This document shows, in pieces, positions 15,126 through 22,803 of a DNA stretch of 64,000 nt. Source of the DNA: a virus. The stretch lies in the IMG/VR virus record IMGVR_UViG_3300037501_000029. One strand, written 5' to 3'. A program made the translations under genes and the position numbers. Below the pieces are notes generated by a model. The model searched no databases. It worked only from the letters and a program-made list of their open reading frames with translations, and was not told the DNA's origin. Positions within the stretch are counted from its first letter, which is position 1. Each line of letters begins with the position of its first letter.

Positions 15126-15537
15126 ACTCCACCCCTGGAATGAGGACAGCCGTCGTCCAGCCCCGCCGCAGTGCGCTGGCGCGGCACACTCCGCGCTTGG
15201 TTGAGTGCGCCTCAATTATGCCGCCCCTCCCGTCGCTGATGGCGACATGACCACGGCGTTGCCGGGATGGGGCGCGGACGAAAACGGCCCCAGGAATCCA
15301 CATCGCCCGGTCCGGCGTGATCCGCAGCCTGACTCGCGCCCACGAACCGCTGAATGGGTCGCCGATAAGCGTGCAGCCGATGCGCTTCCCCGTGGCCTGG
15401 TAGGCGAGCCATGAGGCGAAGTCAGCGCAGTCCCACGGGCCGGCGTAATTGGGATCTTCCAAATCCGCCTGCGCCCCAAGCGTGTATCGTTGGCCGATCT
15501 TCGTCTCGGCCAAGGCAACCAATTCTGCTCCCGTCAT
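15100..15537 (-). CDS. NlpC/P60-family cell-wall peptidase
   Basis: 145 aa. Catalytic Cys context YAGPWDCADFASW. His context RGHVAISDG...IIEAHS. N-terminal KIGQRYTLG, as in NlpC/P60 domains. Confidence 0.7.
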   Translation of the reverse strand: MTGAELVALAETKIGQRYTLGAQADLEDPNYAGPWDCADFASWLAYQATGKRIGCTLIGDPFSGSWARVRLRITPDRAMWIPGAVFVRAPSRQRRGHVAISDGRGGIIEAHSTKRGVCRASALRRGWTTAVLIPGVEYGISGYNV

Positions 15538-15761
15538 AAAGATCCTCCAACATCGCTTGAAACTGCGGATCCTGGCAGTTTCCTCAGTGCGGCCTCGTAC
15601 TCACAGCCGGCGCAACGGTCCCAGGGTTCCACGCCATAGCCGCGCGCCCCGCACTGATGTTGCGGCGGAACACCACTCTTCCATGCCTCAGCCAATGCGG
15701 CATCAGCAACCGCATTGATGCGCTGAATCTCGTCCGGGATGGGATCGTATTCACTTGGCAT
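15534..15761 (-). CDS. hypothetical protein, 75 aa
   Basis: Track ORF 15534-15815 trimmed to MPSEYDPIPDEIQRINAV... (GGAGG RBS 6 nt upstream). ATGA overlap with the NlpC/P60 start. Confidence 0.45.
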   Translation of the reverse strand: MPSEYDPIPDEIQRINAVADAALAEAWKSGVPPQHQCGARGYGVEPWDRCAGCEYEAALRKLPGSAVSSDVGGSL

Positions 15762-16122
15762 TGTTGCCTCCATTGGGAGTTGTGTTGGTGCAGCCATTGC
15801 ACTCCATGCACTCACGGATAGCGATGGCGCGTGCTTCGTCTAAGTACTGCCCATAACGGTTGAGGATTCCAACAAGTTGAGCCGTGCAGTACCACCAACC
15901 GCATAGGCACTCCAGATTCTTTGCGAACTCGTAGCCATCCCTGGCTGCACAGCATTCCAACTGCTTGTAGATGTCATTCTCATCTCGATTATCGCCACCA
16001 AGCCAGGAGTAGACATCCTTGGCAAGCCGCCGGAGCGCCGCGCATTTCACGGCTTCATCAGTACAGCCATGGCGCAAGGAATGCGGATCGACCATATCGT
16101 GAGCAGATTGCTCCTGTTTCAT
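15751..16122 (-). CDS. Cys-rich hypothetical protein, 123 aa
   Basis: Track ORF 15751-16170 trimmed to MKQEQSAHDMVDPH... (GGAGGAG RBS). Many Cys residues. Confidence 0.45.
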   Translation of the reverse strand: MKQEQSAHDMVDPHSLRHGCTDEAVKCAALRRLAKDVYSWLGGDNRDENDIYKQLECCAARDGYEFAKNLECLCGWWYCTAQLVGILNRYGQYLDEARAIAIRECMECNGCTNTTPNGGNNAK

Positions 16123-16244
16123 AACTCCTCCCACGGCATTCTTTCGATGGCGGCCATGGTCTCTAGGCAAGTATGCAGGGCAGCGCGGTATCGGCGGACA
16201 CGTTTAGCTGCTTGCATCATCGTGTCGCACATATGGTGTGTCAT
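16119..16244 (-). CDS. hypothetical protein, 41 aa
   Basis: Hand-translated (MTHHMCDTMMQAAKRVRRYRAALHTCLETMAAIERMPWEEL). GGAGG RBS. ATGA overlap with the downstream start. Confidence 0.35.
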   Translation of the reverse strand: MTHHMCDTMMQAAKRVRRYRAALHTCLETMAAIERMPWEEL

Positions 16245-16332
16245 TTGGGCCTCCTTTCAGTTGGCTAACCTCAAGCCGCAGAGCACTTCGGTTGAGTCGC
16301 CCACCCCGCGCCGTCTGGCAACTTAATCATCT

Positions 16333-16584
16333 TCATCGCGGCTGCTCCTTCATTGCCGCCAGGACGCGCTCTGGCATCGGCGCTTCGCCTGGCGTGTACT
16401 CATCATCGCCGCTATCGAGGAAGTTCTCTTCGCACTCCGGGTGCATGGCGTTCGACTGAAACCTGCCATCGAAAACGCCGGTCCACCGAGAGTATGTTTC
16501 GCCCGCCTGGATCGGCCCGTAGCAGTAGTCGCAGCGGTGAGGCTTCCGCGCTACGATGGTTTTCCACTCACCAAAGTCACTCAT
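16333..16584 (-). CDS. hypothetical protein, 83 aa
   Basis: Track ORF (MSDFGEWKTIVARKPHRCDYCYGPIQAGETY...). Overlaps the upstream ORF stop. Confidence 0.5.
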   Translation of the reverse strand: MSDFGEWKTIVARKPHRCDYCYGPIQAGETYSRWTGVFDGRFQSNAMHPECEENFLDSGDDEYTPGEAPMPERVLAAMKEQPR

Positions 16585-16921
16585 CGAGGCTGCTCCTTGA
16601 GTGCGGCGCGGGCCGTGGTCTCAATCGTCCCGATTGCCATAACACCTTCCGGAGCCGCGCATTTGCGACCTCCAGCCGCGCTGTCAGAGCCTCCTGCTCC
16701 CGCAGTTCCGCCGAATCGCTCAGCGCGAAGTGCGCCGACGGACCTTGCCACATCTCAGGCATGGTCGTCAGCACGATCTGGCGGGCCTTGTCGCGCTCGG
16801 GGCAACTCCCGTCGCCCGATTCGCCCATCTCCACCATGAGCAGCTCCCGCGCCCGCGCCACGCTCTCGGCATGGGCGACGGCGAGAAAAGAATGGAAGTC
16901 GGTCCAGGCGTGGAGTTTCAT
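16577..16921 (-). CDS. hypothetical protein, 114 aa
   Basis: Track ORF (MKLHAWTDFHSFLAVAHAESVARAREL...). Confidence 0.5.
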   Translation of the reverse strand: MKLHAWTDFHSFLAVAHAESVARARELLMVEMGESGDGSCPERDKARQIVLTTMPEMWQGPSAHFALSDSAELREQEALTARLEVANARLRKVLWQSGRLRPRPAPHSRSSLDE

Positions 16922-16924
16922 AGG

Positions 16925-17092
16925 TCAACAGTCCTCCTCGTCATCCCAGCTCCAGCCGCACTCAGGGCACATCCAGCCATCTTTGCCGGTGTCCAGCGCC
17001 GGCCCGTAGCGGGATAGGACAACACCGCATTCATCGCAGCGCGGCTCAGAATCAGTGGCTTGGCTGCAGATGCGGGGCTTAGTCGGTGGCAT
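16925..17092 (-). CDS. zinc-ribbon protein, 55 aa
   Basis: Hand-translated: MPPTKPRICSQATDSEPRCDECGVVLSRYGPALDTGKDGWMCPECGWSWDDEEDC, with a CxxC...CxxC pair. Preferred over the Arg/Ala-rich track ORF 16918-17196 in another frame. Confidence 0.45.
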   Translation of the reverse strand: MPPTKPRICSQATDSEPRCDECGVVLSRYGPALDTGKDGWMCPECGWSWDDEEDC

Positions 17093-17576
17093 TGCTGTCC
17101 TCCAGCACCGCGAGCACGGCGTCGAGGATGACGCTCGCCGGGACGGTCAGCAGCGCCCATTCGCTCCTCTCGGGTACATCCTCGGTGTGCCACCACTTCC
17201 AGAGATGCTGCAAAAACTCCGTCACCTTTCCCGCTTGTTCGACCAGCGGCAGGAGGTCGCGCTGGATGAGATCGATGGATTGGGCGTAATCAGGGCCGGG
17301 ATCTACGCACGCATCTCTTTTCGGAGTTATCCACCAGCCCGCAGCAAGGTTGACATTGTTGATGCGCTCTGGCTTATCCAGGTATCGCCACCCCGCGAGC
17401 CTCGCGGCCCGTGCATTACGATCGTCAGACATCGGCTTTCTTTCTCCACAGACCATTAACCACCAGGAATCGTCGCACTCCTCTTCCCAGCACGATTGGC
17501 AGATCTCGCCGCCCTTGCCGGGCCATGCGTTATCGATCTCGCCGCCGCAAGAGGCGCATGGTTCAGGCATGGTCAT
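17079..17576 (-). CDS. hypothetical protein with N-terminal Cys cluster, 165 aa
   Basis: Track ORF 17079-17696 trimmed to MTMPEPCASCGGEIDNAWPGKGGEICQSCWEEECD.... Confidence 0.5.
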   Translation of the reverse strand: MTMPEPCASCGGEIDNAWPGKGGEICQSCWEEECDDSWWLMVCGERKPMSDDRNARAARLAGWRYLDKPERINNVNLAAGWWITPKRDACVDPGPDYAQSIDLIQRDLLPLVEQAGKVTEFLQHLWKWWHTEDVPERSEWALLTVPASVILDAVLAVLEDSNATD

Positions 17577-17679
17577 CTCTCCTCGGGTACTCGTTCCACT
17601 GCCGCCCGTCGAGCAGACGGCCGGCGGCTTTCTTGCCAACCGCAAAACACTGTAAGTCAACACACTCACACACGCAAAC

Positions 17680-17715
17680 ACACACGCCCAGCCCATTCCG
17701 CGTTATAATATTCCT
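17680..17715 (+). promoter_or_regulatory. candidate promoter giving a leaderless mRNA for the homing endonuclease gene
   Basis: Perfect TATAAT at 17704-17709, ending 6 nt before the ATG at 17716, so the predicted TSS is about the A of the ATG. No good -35. Preceded by a CA-rich stretch at 17655-17690. Confidence 0.3.
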
Positions 17716-18453
17716 ATGGGAATACGCTCGCAGAGAATGGAACTCAGCCGCGAAGAGATGATCGCGGCCTACAAATCCGGCTGCTCCCTGGACACGTTGG
17801 CGTCCAGGTTTGCAGTAAATCCATCCACCGTTCGGAGATACCTTATTTCTTGGGGTGTTGTACTTAGGCCGCAGGTTCGCACTGGCCCACTCTTCGGTAA
17901 GGAATCCGCAGTCGAGGATGCTTACCGATCCGGCATGAATACCCGCCAAATCGCCAAACAATTCCATGCCGACCGTAACACTGTGAGTAAACTCCTGAAA
18001 GACAAAAAGATCCTCCGCAAAACGTCGCTGAATGCGCGAGAGTTCAACATTGACGGCGAAGGGAATAGGGGTGTCTTGGCTGGTTTGATATCCGGAGAGG
18101 GTAGTATCACCCTCCGCAGGGAGAAGTTGGGTACGAGGGTGATTGTCTCCATTGTGAACACTGACCCGGACATCATAGATTGGCTCGCTAGGCTGGGCGG
18201 CAGGCACTACTGGGCGTCTCCACATGGCACAGGGATTCGCCCAGTTGGGACTTGGCGGTTGAGTAGGGCTGTTGATGTTTTTCATTGCCTTACCGCAACC
18301 CTTCCTTGGATCTTTGGTAAGAAGCGGCTCCTCGCGAAACAGGGCATTGAACTACTAAAGGCCCGTTATGGATTGAGGGGAACTCGCGAACTTGTAGGTC
18401 TTTCGGCCACATCTCGAATGGGATCTTCCTACCGCCATCTAATATCTGCTTAA
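17716..18453 (+). CDS. free-standing LAGLIDADG homing endonuclease with two N-terminal HTH modules
   Basis: 245 aa on the opposite strand to all neighbours. LAGLIDADG motif GVLAGLISGEGSITL, followed by the usual SIVNTDPDIIDWLARLGG and LPWIFGKKRLLAKQGIELL segments. Two HTH-like segments near the N-terminus. Visibly lower GC than the flanks. Confidence 0.75.
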   Translation: MGIRSQRMELSREEMIAAYKSGCSLDTLASRFAVNPSTVRRYLISWGVVLRPQVRTGPLFGKESAVEDAYRSGMNTRQIAKQFHADRNTVSKLLKDKKILRKTSLNAREFNIDGEGNRGVLAGLISGEGSITLRREKLGTRVIVSIVNTDPDIIDWLARLGGRHYWASPHGTGIRPVGTWRLSRAVDVFHCLTATLPWIFGKKRLLAKQGIELLKARYGLRGTRELVGLSATSRMGSSYRHLISA

Positions 18454-19216
18454 CAAATATAGGTACGCCCGACGCCTTGCATTGTTGAACCAGCGACCGC
18501 GCCCAGTCCGGGTGCATCGGCCTCGCGCCAGAGCCGCTCTCGCCGCCGGTGATGATCCAATCAATGCCATTGCCGAGCCACCGCCGGAGATCTAGCGGCC
18601 CAAGCAACGGTTCGGCGCTCACGAACCGCACTACCGCCGGTGTCCGGAGCAGGTTGGTGATGCGGATTTCAGCGGTGGCCTGTTGCTCAACGGAAACGCC
18701 CAACCACACGTTCGGCAGTGGGCGCGGGTGCGACATCATACTAGCCCATGTACGATCCACTTCACTGCAGTCGATATTGGCTGCTATCCCAAAAATCAGG
18801 TTCAACCTTCTACGCAAGTCGGACCAGTACTGCATCATTCTGTGGGGGCTTTTTGTCAGCACCATGAACGTGTGCTGCGGGCAAAGCGCCGCTGTGGCGA
18901 ACACGCGGTCGATGTTGTTGTCTGGATTGTCGTGGTTGAATAGATCACTCAGCGAGCAGACGAAGATGCGGCGCGGTTGGCGCCAGCGCAGTGGGTCTAA
19001 AAGTCGGTTTTCGATGAGGCGGATCTTGCCAGTCCAGTTCGACTGGCCATTTTCCAAAACCGTGAGCCATGAAGTGGCGTCGGCGATCTTCGGATTCGGA
19101 TTGCCCGCCATGCGGTGAACGTGCCGGATGGCGTAGCAGTTGGCGCACCCCGCGCTGATCTTGGAGCAACCAAGTACTGGGTTCCATGTCTCGTCGGCCC
19201 ACTCAATCTTCGTCAT
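18290..19216 (-). CDS. DUF5131 (phage Gp37/Gp68 family) protein
   Basis: N-terminus MTKIEWADETWNPVLGCSKISAGCANCYA and C-terminal PIFVKQ...REFP are characteristic of this family. The last about 28 aa extend past the usual family end and overlap the convergent endonuclease gene. Confidence 0.75.
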   Translation of the reverse strand: MTKIEWADETWNPVLGCSKISAGCANCYAIRHVHRMAGNPNPKIADATSWLTVLENGQSNWTGKIRLIENRLLDPLRWRQPRRIFVCSLSDLFNHDNPDNNIDRVFATAALCPQHTFMVLTKSPHRMMQYWSDLRRRLNLIFGIAANIDCSEVDRTWASMMSHPRPLPNVWLGVSVEQQATAEIRITNLLRTPAVVRFVSAEPLLGPLDLRRWLGNGIDWIITGGESGSGARPMHPDWARSLVQQCKASGVPIFVKQILDGGRKIPFEMWPKDLQVREFPSIHNGPLVVQCPVSRGAASYQRSKEGLR

Positions 19217-19472
19217 TGCGCTTTACCTCCTTCAATTCGTCGCAGAGAAACCAGTACCGCCTTGTTCCAAGTTGCACTTCGTATTCTGCGTACGACGGGG
19301 CGTACGTGTCATGATCCACCTGTCTTATGCGCCCTACCCGCTGATACTTAAATGCAGCGGCTAATAAGCCCTTGGCCTCGTCCAAATCCACCATGTCGAG
19401 GAGGCAGCGAGCGAGTCCGGCGATCTTCACTTCGACTTCATCGCCAATCTCGAATTTCGTTCGTTTCATCAT
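19203..19472 (-). CDS. hypothetical protein, 89 aa (paralogue of 19517-19753)
   Basis: Track ORF. FEIGDEVEVKIAGLARCLLDMVDLDEAKGLLAAAFKYQRVGRI aligns with the neighbouring ORF. Confidence 0.5.
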   Translation of the reverse strand: MMKRTKFEIGDEVEVKIAGLARCLLDMVDLDEAKGLLAAAFKYQRVGRIRQVDHDTYAPSYAEYEVQLGTRRYWFLCDELKEVKRNDED

Positions 19473-19516
19473 TGTTCTCCTTTCTCTGCACGGTCACTCC
19501 AAGCCCGCGTAACAAC

Positions 19517-19753
19517 TCAACCCTTTACGCGATGTATTTCAGCTCGGTGGAAATCGTACAGTCTGCCACCACCAAAATCTACGTGCACATAACCAGGGTC
19601 CTCTTTATCGAATTTTGCGATGCGTCCAATTCGGCTCGACCGAAACGCCGCCTCCAGCATCGCAGTAGAGGTACGGAGGTCCATCGTGTCTGTGATGAAC
19701 CCAACCAACCCGTCGTACGAGACCTCCACTTGGTCGCCAACCTGTAGTTTCAT
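19517..19753 (-). CDS. hypothetical protein, 78 aa (paralogue of 19203-19472)
   Basis: Track ORF. LQVGDQVEVSYDGLVGFITDTMDLRTSTAMLEAAFRSSRIGRI. Confidence 0.5.
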   Translation of the reverse strand: MKLQVGDQVEVSYDGLVGFITDTMDLRTSTAMLEAAFRSSRIGRIAKFDKEDPGYVHVDFGGGRLYDFHRAEIHRVKG

Positions 19754-19833
19754 GGCTTACTCCTTCCCGTTTTCTGGCGATGGTATCCAGTTCCGCTCGC
19801 GCACCTCAGCCCACGTCTTGATGATGGTCTCGA

Positions 19834-20247
19834 TCATACTGGATTACCTTTCTCGGCAAGGGCTTCGGTTAGCTTTCTTGCACCCCTGAGTAGCGCATCG
19901 GAAACGGGGTTGATGCCATATGAATCCAGTTCATTGGCGAAGAACTGCCACATTTCTAGCGCCTCCCATAGATACCGCTCGCGCTCACTGGGAGTTTTCG
20001 CTAGCCGGAGCTGCTGTTGCAGAGAGTCGCGTTCTTGACGGTGCTTCAGCAATTCGGCGGTGCTGTCGGACTGGAGGCGGGTGATCTGCTCCCGCAGGGA
20101 GGCGTTTTCCTCGGCGGCGGCGAACATCTGTTCAGAGTGAGACCATGCCCACTGGTTCCATCGCTCAATATCGTGGTTGTTCATCTCGGCATCGGCCAAC
20201 AGGCTCTTGCCGAATGCGATCTCCTCGGGCGTCAGCCGCTCGGTCAT
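19834..20247 (-). CDS. hypothetical coiled-coil protein, 137 aa
   Basis: Track ORF. Heptad-like central segment (LREQITRLQSDSTAELLKHRQERDSLQQQLRL). Confidence 0.5.
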   Translation of the reverse strand: MTERLTPEEIAFGKSLLADAEMNNHDIERWNQWAWSHSEQMFAAAEENASLREQITRLQSDSTAELLKHRQERDSLQQQLRLAKTPSERERYLWEALEMWQFFANELDSYGINPVSDALLRGARKLTEALAEKGNPV

Positions 20248-20465
20248 GATGCCTCCTCCAGCCGAAGCTGGTCACTCTCGTCAATTTCCCCGCGCCGAAG
20301 GATCGCGCTGATGTGGTCCATTCGTTCCTCAATCTTCTTGATTTCATAGCGCATTGCCTTACCGCTGTCCTTCAACTCGATCTTGAGTTGACGGCGCCGG
20401 AGCATAAGCTCCGGCCATTCCTGGTTGAGTTCCATTCGCTCACGCTCGGTCAATTTGCGCCTCAT
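20244..20465 (-). CDS. hypothetical protein, 73 aa
   Basis: Track ORF with ATGA overlaps at both ends. Charged and helical. Confidence 0.5.
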   Translation of the reverse strand: MRRKLTERERMELNQEWPELMLRRRQLKIELKDSGKAMRYEIKKIEERMDHISAILRRGEIDESDQLRLEEAS

Positions 20466-21121
20466 CCGGCAGCCTCCTCAAATTTGCGGATCAGTTCGCG
20501 CCGGTCCTTCAGCTTGTAGCCGCGCGCACTCACCTTTGTTTTCAATTCTTCGAGTGCTTCACAGAATCGCTCTAATTCAGCGGCAAGCATCTTGATGTAG
20601 TCGTCGTCGCGCTCAACCCGCACGATTGCGGCTGGCAGTGCCGGATGGTAAGAGCAGATATCAACCCACTCGCGCTCGGCGATGTAGAGCTGTCCCTGTA
20701 GTTGAGACTTATAGGCATCATCCACGTGATCCCAAAGCAGATAGTCAACATGGACCGCCGGGGATGGGCACTTGATTTCAAGCATCCCATCGTGCCCGAT
20801 CAACCGATCGGGGGAAGCACCAATGGTGTCTTCGTCGTTCGTGATGAAGCCGACCTTTCTAACGGCCACATCGCGCTCAAACTCGTAGAAGCAGACGGCC
20901 TCGCCTTCCAAGTCATGCCCACGTTCCATCCAGGATGTCTTTGGAGAGTCGATTGGGCAACCCAGCAGAAGTTCGGCGATCAGGTGACGGCGGTAGTCCT
21001 CTGCCTGTTTTGATGGCTTACCACCCGGCGTCAGAATACGGTCAAACTGGGATGCGGTCGGGATACCCATGCGAAGATATGACCACTCGACCGAGCCCTG
21101 TTCGCAGTTGTGCTCAATCAT
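20462..21121 (-). CDS. YqaJ-like (lambda Exo-type, PD-(D/E)xK) recombination exonuclease
   Basis: Track ORF 20462-21202 trimmed to MIEHNCEQGSVEWSYLRMGIPTASQF.... ASPDRLIGHDGMLEIKCP motif. ATGA overlap with the erf stop. Confidence 0.8.
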   Translation of the reverse strand: MIEHNCEQGSVEWSYLRMGIPTASQFDRILTPGGKPSKQAEDYRRHLIAELLLGCPIDSPKTSWMERGHDLEGEAVCFYEFERDVAVRKVGFITNDEDTIGASPDRLIGHDGMLEIKCPSPAVHVDYLLWDHVDDAYKSQLQGQLYIAEREWVDICSYHPALPAAIVRVERDDDYIKMLAAELERFCEALEELKTKVSARGYKLKDRRELIRKFEEAAG

Positions 21122-21837
21122 CGGCGTTTTCTCTCCAGGAGGGAGACAGCCTCGGCATACTTCCGGCGCGGGATCTTGGCCACGCTTACCGCTCCGGCCC
21201 ATTCCAGGAACTTGGCCACGTTCGCGTTGGTGTCATTCAGTAGTGTTTTGATGGTCAAGACCTGTTCGTCGGTGATGTAACCGCCTTGGCCATCGTTGTC
21301 ATCGCCAGCTGTGATGACGTTGAAGTAGTCGCAGATCATGCATCGTTTAGCGAAAGATATGGACGACCGTACGTTCTGAACCGCGCTCCGATAGTCGCTG
21401 GCATCAATGGGGAGCGGCATATGAATGCTCTCCGAATGCCCTCCGCGATGAGCGACCTTCATCGTAACCAGCAGAGTCCTGGCATCCGTCTGTTCGGTGG
21501 TGAAGCGATAGCTGAAACCATGCTCCGCCGTGAGTGGCCGAAGAGCCTCATCGACGGCTTCCAGCGTGGCGTAGGTGCTGCGGAGCTGCCCCTTGACGAT
21601 AATTTTGCCATCGTGAGTCACGCGCGGCGCCGCGGCCTGAACGGCCGCAAGTCCCGCCTCGAACTCTCGCTCTGCGCTGATTCGCATTAACCGCTCTTGC
21701 ATGTCGAGCAGTTGTTGCATCTTCGCCACATCGACGTTCGGGTCGCTTGCGGCCCGAGTGATGGCTTCGAGGACGGAGACAGGCTGCGGAGCGACCGACT
21801 GCTCCTCTCGCACGATCAGGGATTGCTGCTCAGCCAT
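21118..21837 (-). CDS. erf: ERF-family single-strand annealing protein
   Basis: Track ORF 21118-21870, start probably MAEQQSLIV.... Core ...QLRSTYATLEAVDEALRPLTAEHGFSYRFTTEQ...HRGGHSE... resembles the ERF superfamily. Paired with the YqaJ exonuclease. Confidence 0.75.
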   Translation of the reverse strand: MAEQQSLIVREEQSVAPQPVSVLEAITRAASDPNVDVAKMQQLLDMQERLMRISAEREFEAGLAAVQAAAPRVTHDGKIIVKGQLRSTYATLEAVDEALRPLTAEHGFSYRFTTEQTDARTLLVTMKVAHRGGHSESIHMPLPIDASDYRSAVQNVRSSISFAKRCMICDYFNVITAGDDNDGQGGYITDEQVLTIKTLLNDTNANVAKFLEWAGAVSVAKIPRRKYAEAVSLLERKRR

Positions 21838-22036
21838 CGCCCCGCCCTTCGTTGTTGACTGGAACGACATCCGAAACCTTAATCAACTTTGCAGCGGCAA
21901 GTGCCCTTTCAGCGTGTGCGCGCTCAGCCGCCCAGATTGGAGCGTTGGTCTTTATATATGTCTTAGCCTGATCTATACAGAACCTCACGCGATCTTCGAG
22001 CAACGCCACGATCAAATCTTTGTCTTGCTGCGTCAT
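21830..22036 (-). CDS. hypothetical protein, 68 aa
   Basis: Track ORF in the operon tiling. Confidence 0.45.
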   Translation of the reverse strand: MTQQDKDLIVALLEDRVRFCIDQAKTYIKTNAPIWAAERAHAERALAAAKLIKVSDVVPVNNEGRGDG

Positions 22037-22272
22037 GCTCTTGCGCTATCCTTATAGTGCGGCTCGTATTGCCGCCGCAGTTTTCGAAACTCAACCAATG
22101 CCTTGTCTGCCCCGACCGCGACTGAGTGCGCGGCCATGGCGACTGCGTAAAGATGATCCACCACGCGCTCAGCCAGTGGGCGGGCGGTCCCATCAAGGTA
22201 CGTCTTGACGGCGTAGACGCCGATCATCACCGTCGCGCCGATGGCCAGTCCTGAGGCAAACTGCCACATCAT
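22033..22272 (-). CDS. small membrane protein, 79 aa
   Basis: Track ORF. N-terminal hydrophobic helix (WQFASGLAIGATVMIGVYAV). ATGA overlaps. Confidence 0.45.
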   Translation of the reverse strand: MMWQFASGLAIGATVMIGVYAVKTYLDGTARPLAERVVDHLYAVAMAAHSVAVGADKALVEFRKLRRQYEPHYKDSARA

Positions 22273-22487
22273 GCGACTCTCCAGATGCGATAATTACCAT
22301 CCGGCATCGTGCGCCCAACAAACCGTAATGGGACATAGAGCTTGTTTGCCCATCCCACATATCTAGAACAACTCCTGTTTGTTGTGTTGATTATAATGAA
22401 ACTGTCGCCAACTTCCATCTGACGCCATGGATACTTAGCTTTGCGCCCCCTCCCCGGTATTGGGATGCCCTTATCTATTTGGATCAC
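22269..22487 (-). CDS. hypothetical protein, 72 aa
   Basis: Track ORF (MIQIDKGIPIPGRGRKAKYPWRQMEVGDSFII...). Confidence 0.5.
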   Translation of the reverse strand: MIQIDKGIPIPGRGRKAKYPWRQMEVGDSFIIINTTNRSCSRYVGWANKLYVPLRFVGRTMPDGNYRIWRVA

Positions 22488-22557
22488 TGCAATATCCTCT
22501 CAAATTCAGGCAGCACATCACTTCTTCTCCGGTGCTGTCACTGTAGCCAGTGCCGGA

Positions 22558-22803
22558 TCAGTACCCGGAACCATCAATGTCACCGTCGCCGGAGCCGTAA
22601 CCGGAGCCGTGGCCAGATCCGTCGTCGTCGCCGATGCCGCAGCCAGAGCCGCAGCCAGTGCCGTAGCCAGAGCAGGAGCCGTAGACGTAGCCGGTGCCGT
22701 AACCGTCTCCGGATCCGTCGCTGTAACCGTAACCTGAGCCAGTGCCGCCGCCGTAACCGTAGCCGTCGCCGTAACCGTAGCCGTCGCTAATTAACATTGC
22801 CAT
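22558..22803 (-). CDS. Gly/Tyr/Asp/Ser-rich low-complexity acidic protein, 81 aa
   Basis: Track ORF 22558-22971 trimmed to MAMLISDGYGYGDGYGYGGGTGSGYGYSDGSGDGYGTGYVYGSCSGYGTGCGSGCGIGDDDGSGHGSGYGSGDGDIDGSGY. GGAGG RBS 7 nt upstream of the ATG at 22803. Same strand as the operon. The start overlaps the stop of ORF 22791-23084. Confidence 0.5.
   Translation of the reverse strand: MAMLISDGYGYGDGYGYGGGTGSGYGYSDGSGDGYGTGYVYGSCSGYGTGCGSGCGIGDDDGSGHGSGYGSGDGDIDGSGY

Noticed and set aside
17655-17690. CA-rich run (acactcacacacgcaaacacacacgccc) considered as a microsatellite or regulatory repeat.
   Set aside because: The dinucleotide repeat is imperfect and short. It lies in an intergenic promoter region and may just be spacer DNA. 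Nothing further supports a specific function.
22441-22790. Plus-strand ORFs opposite the Gly/Tyr-rich gene (98-aa Ala/Val/Thr-rich and 103-aa Arg/Ser-rich, protamine-like).
   Set aside because: All frames are open because of the short repeat. These lie on the non-operon strand and lack an RBS, whereas the minus frame has GGAGG-N7-ATG and overlap coupling.
22558-22790. Short tandem DNA repeats (GGCTACGGTTACGG-type) considered as a CRISPR array or satellite.
   Set aside because: The period is 6-18 nt with no unique spacers of 25-40 nt and no leader or cas genes. The repeat is explained by the Gly-Tyr coding periodicity.
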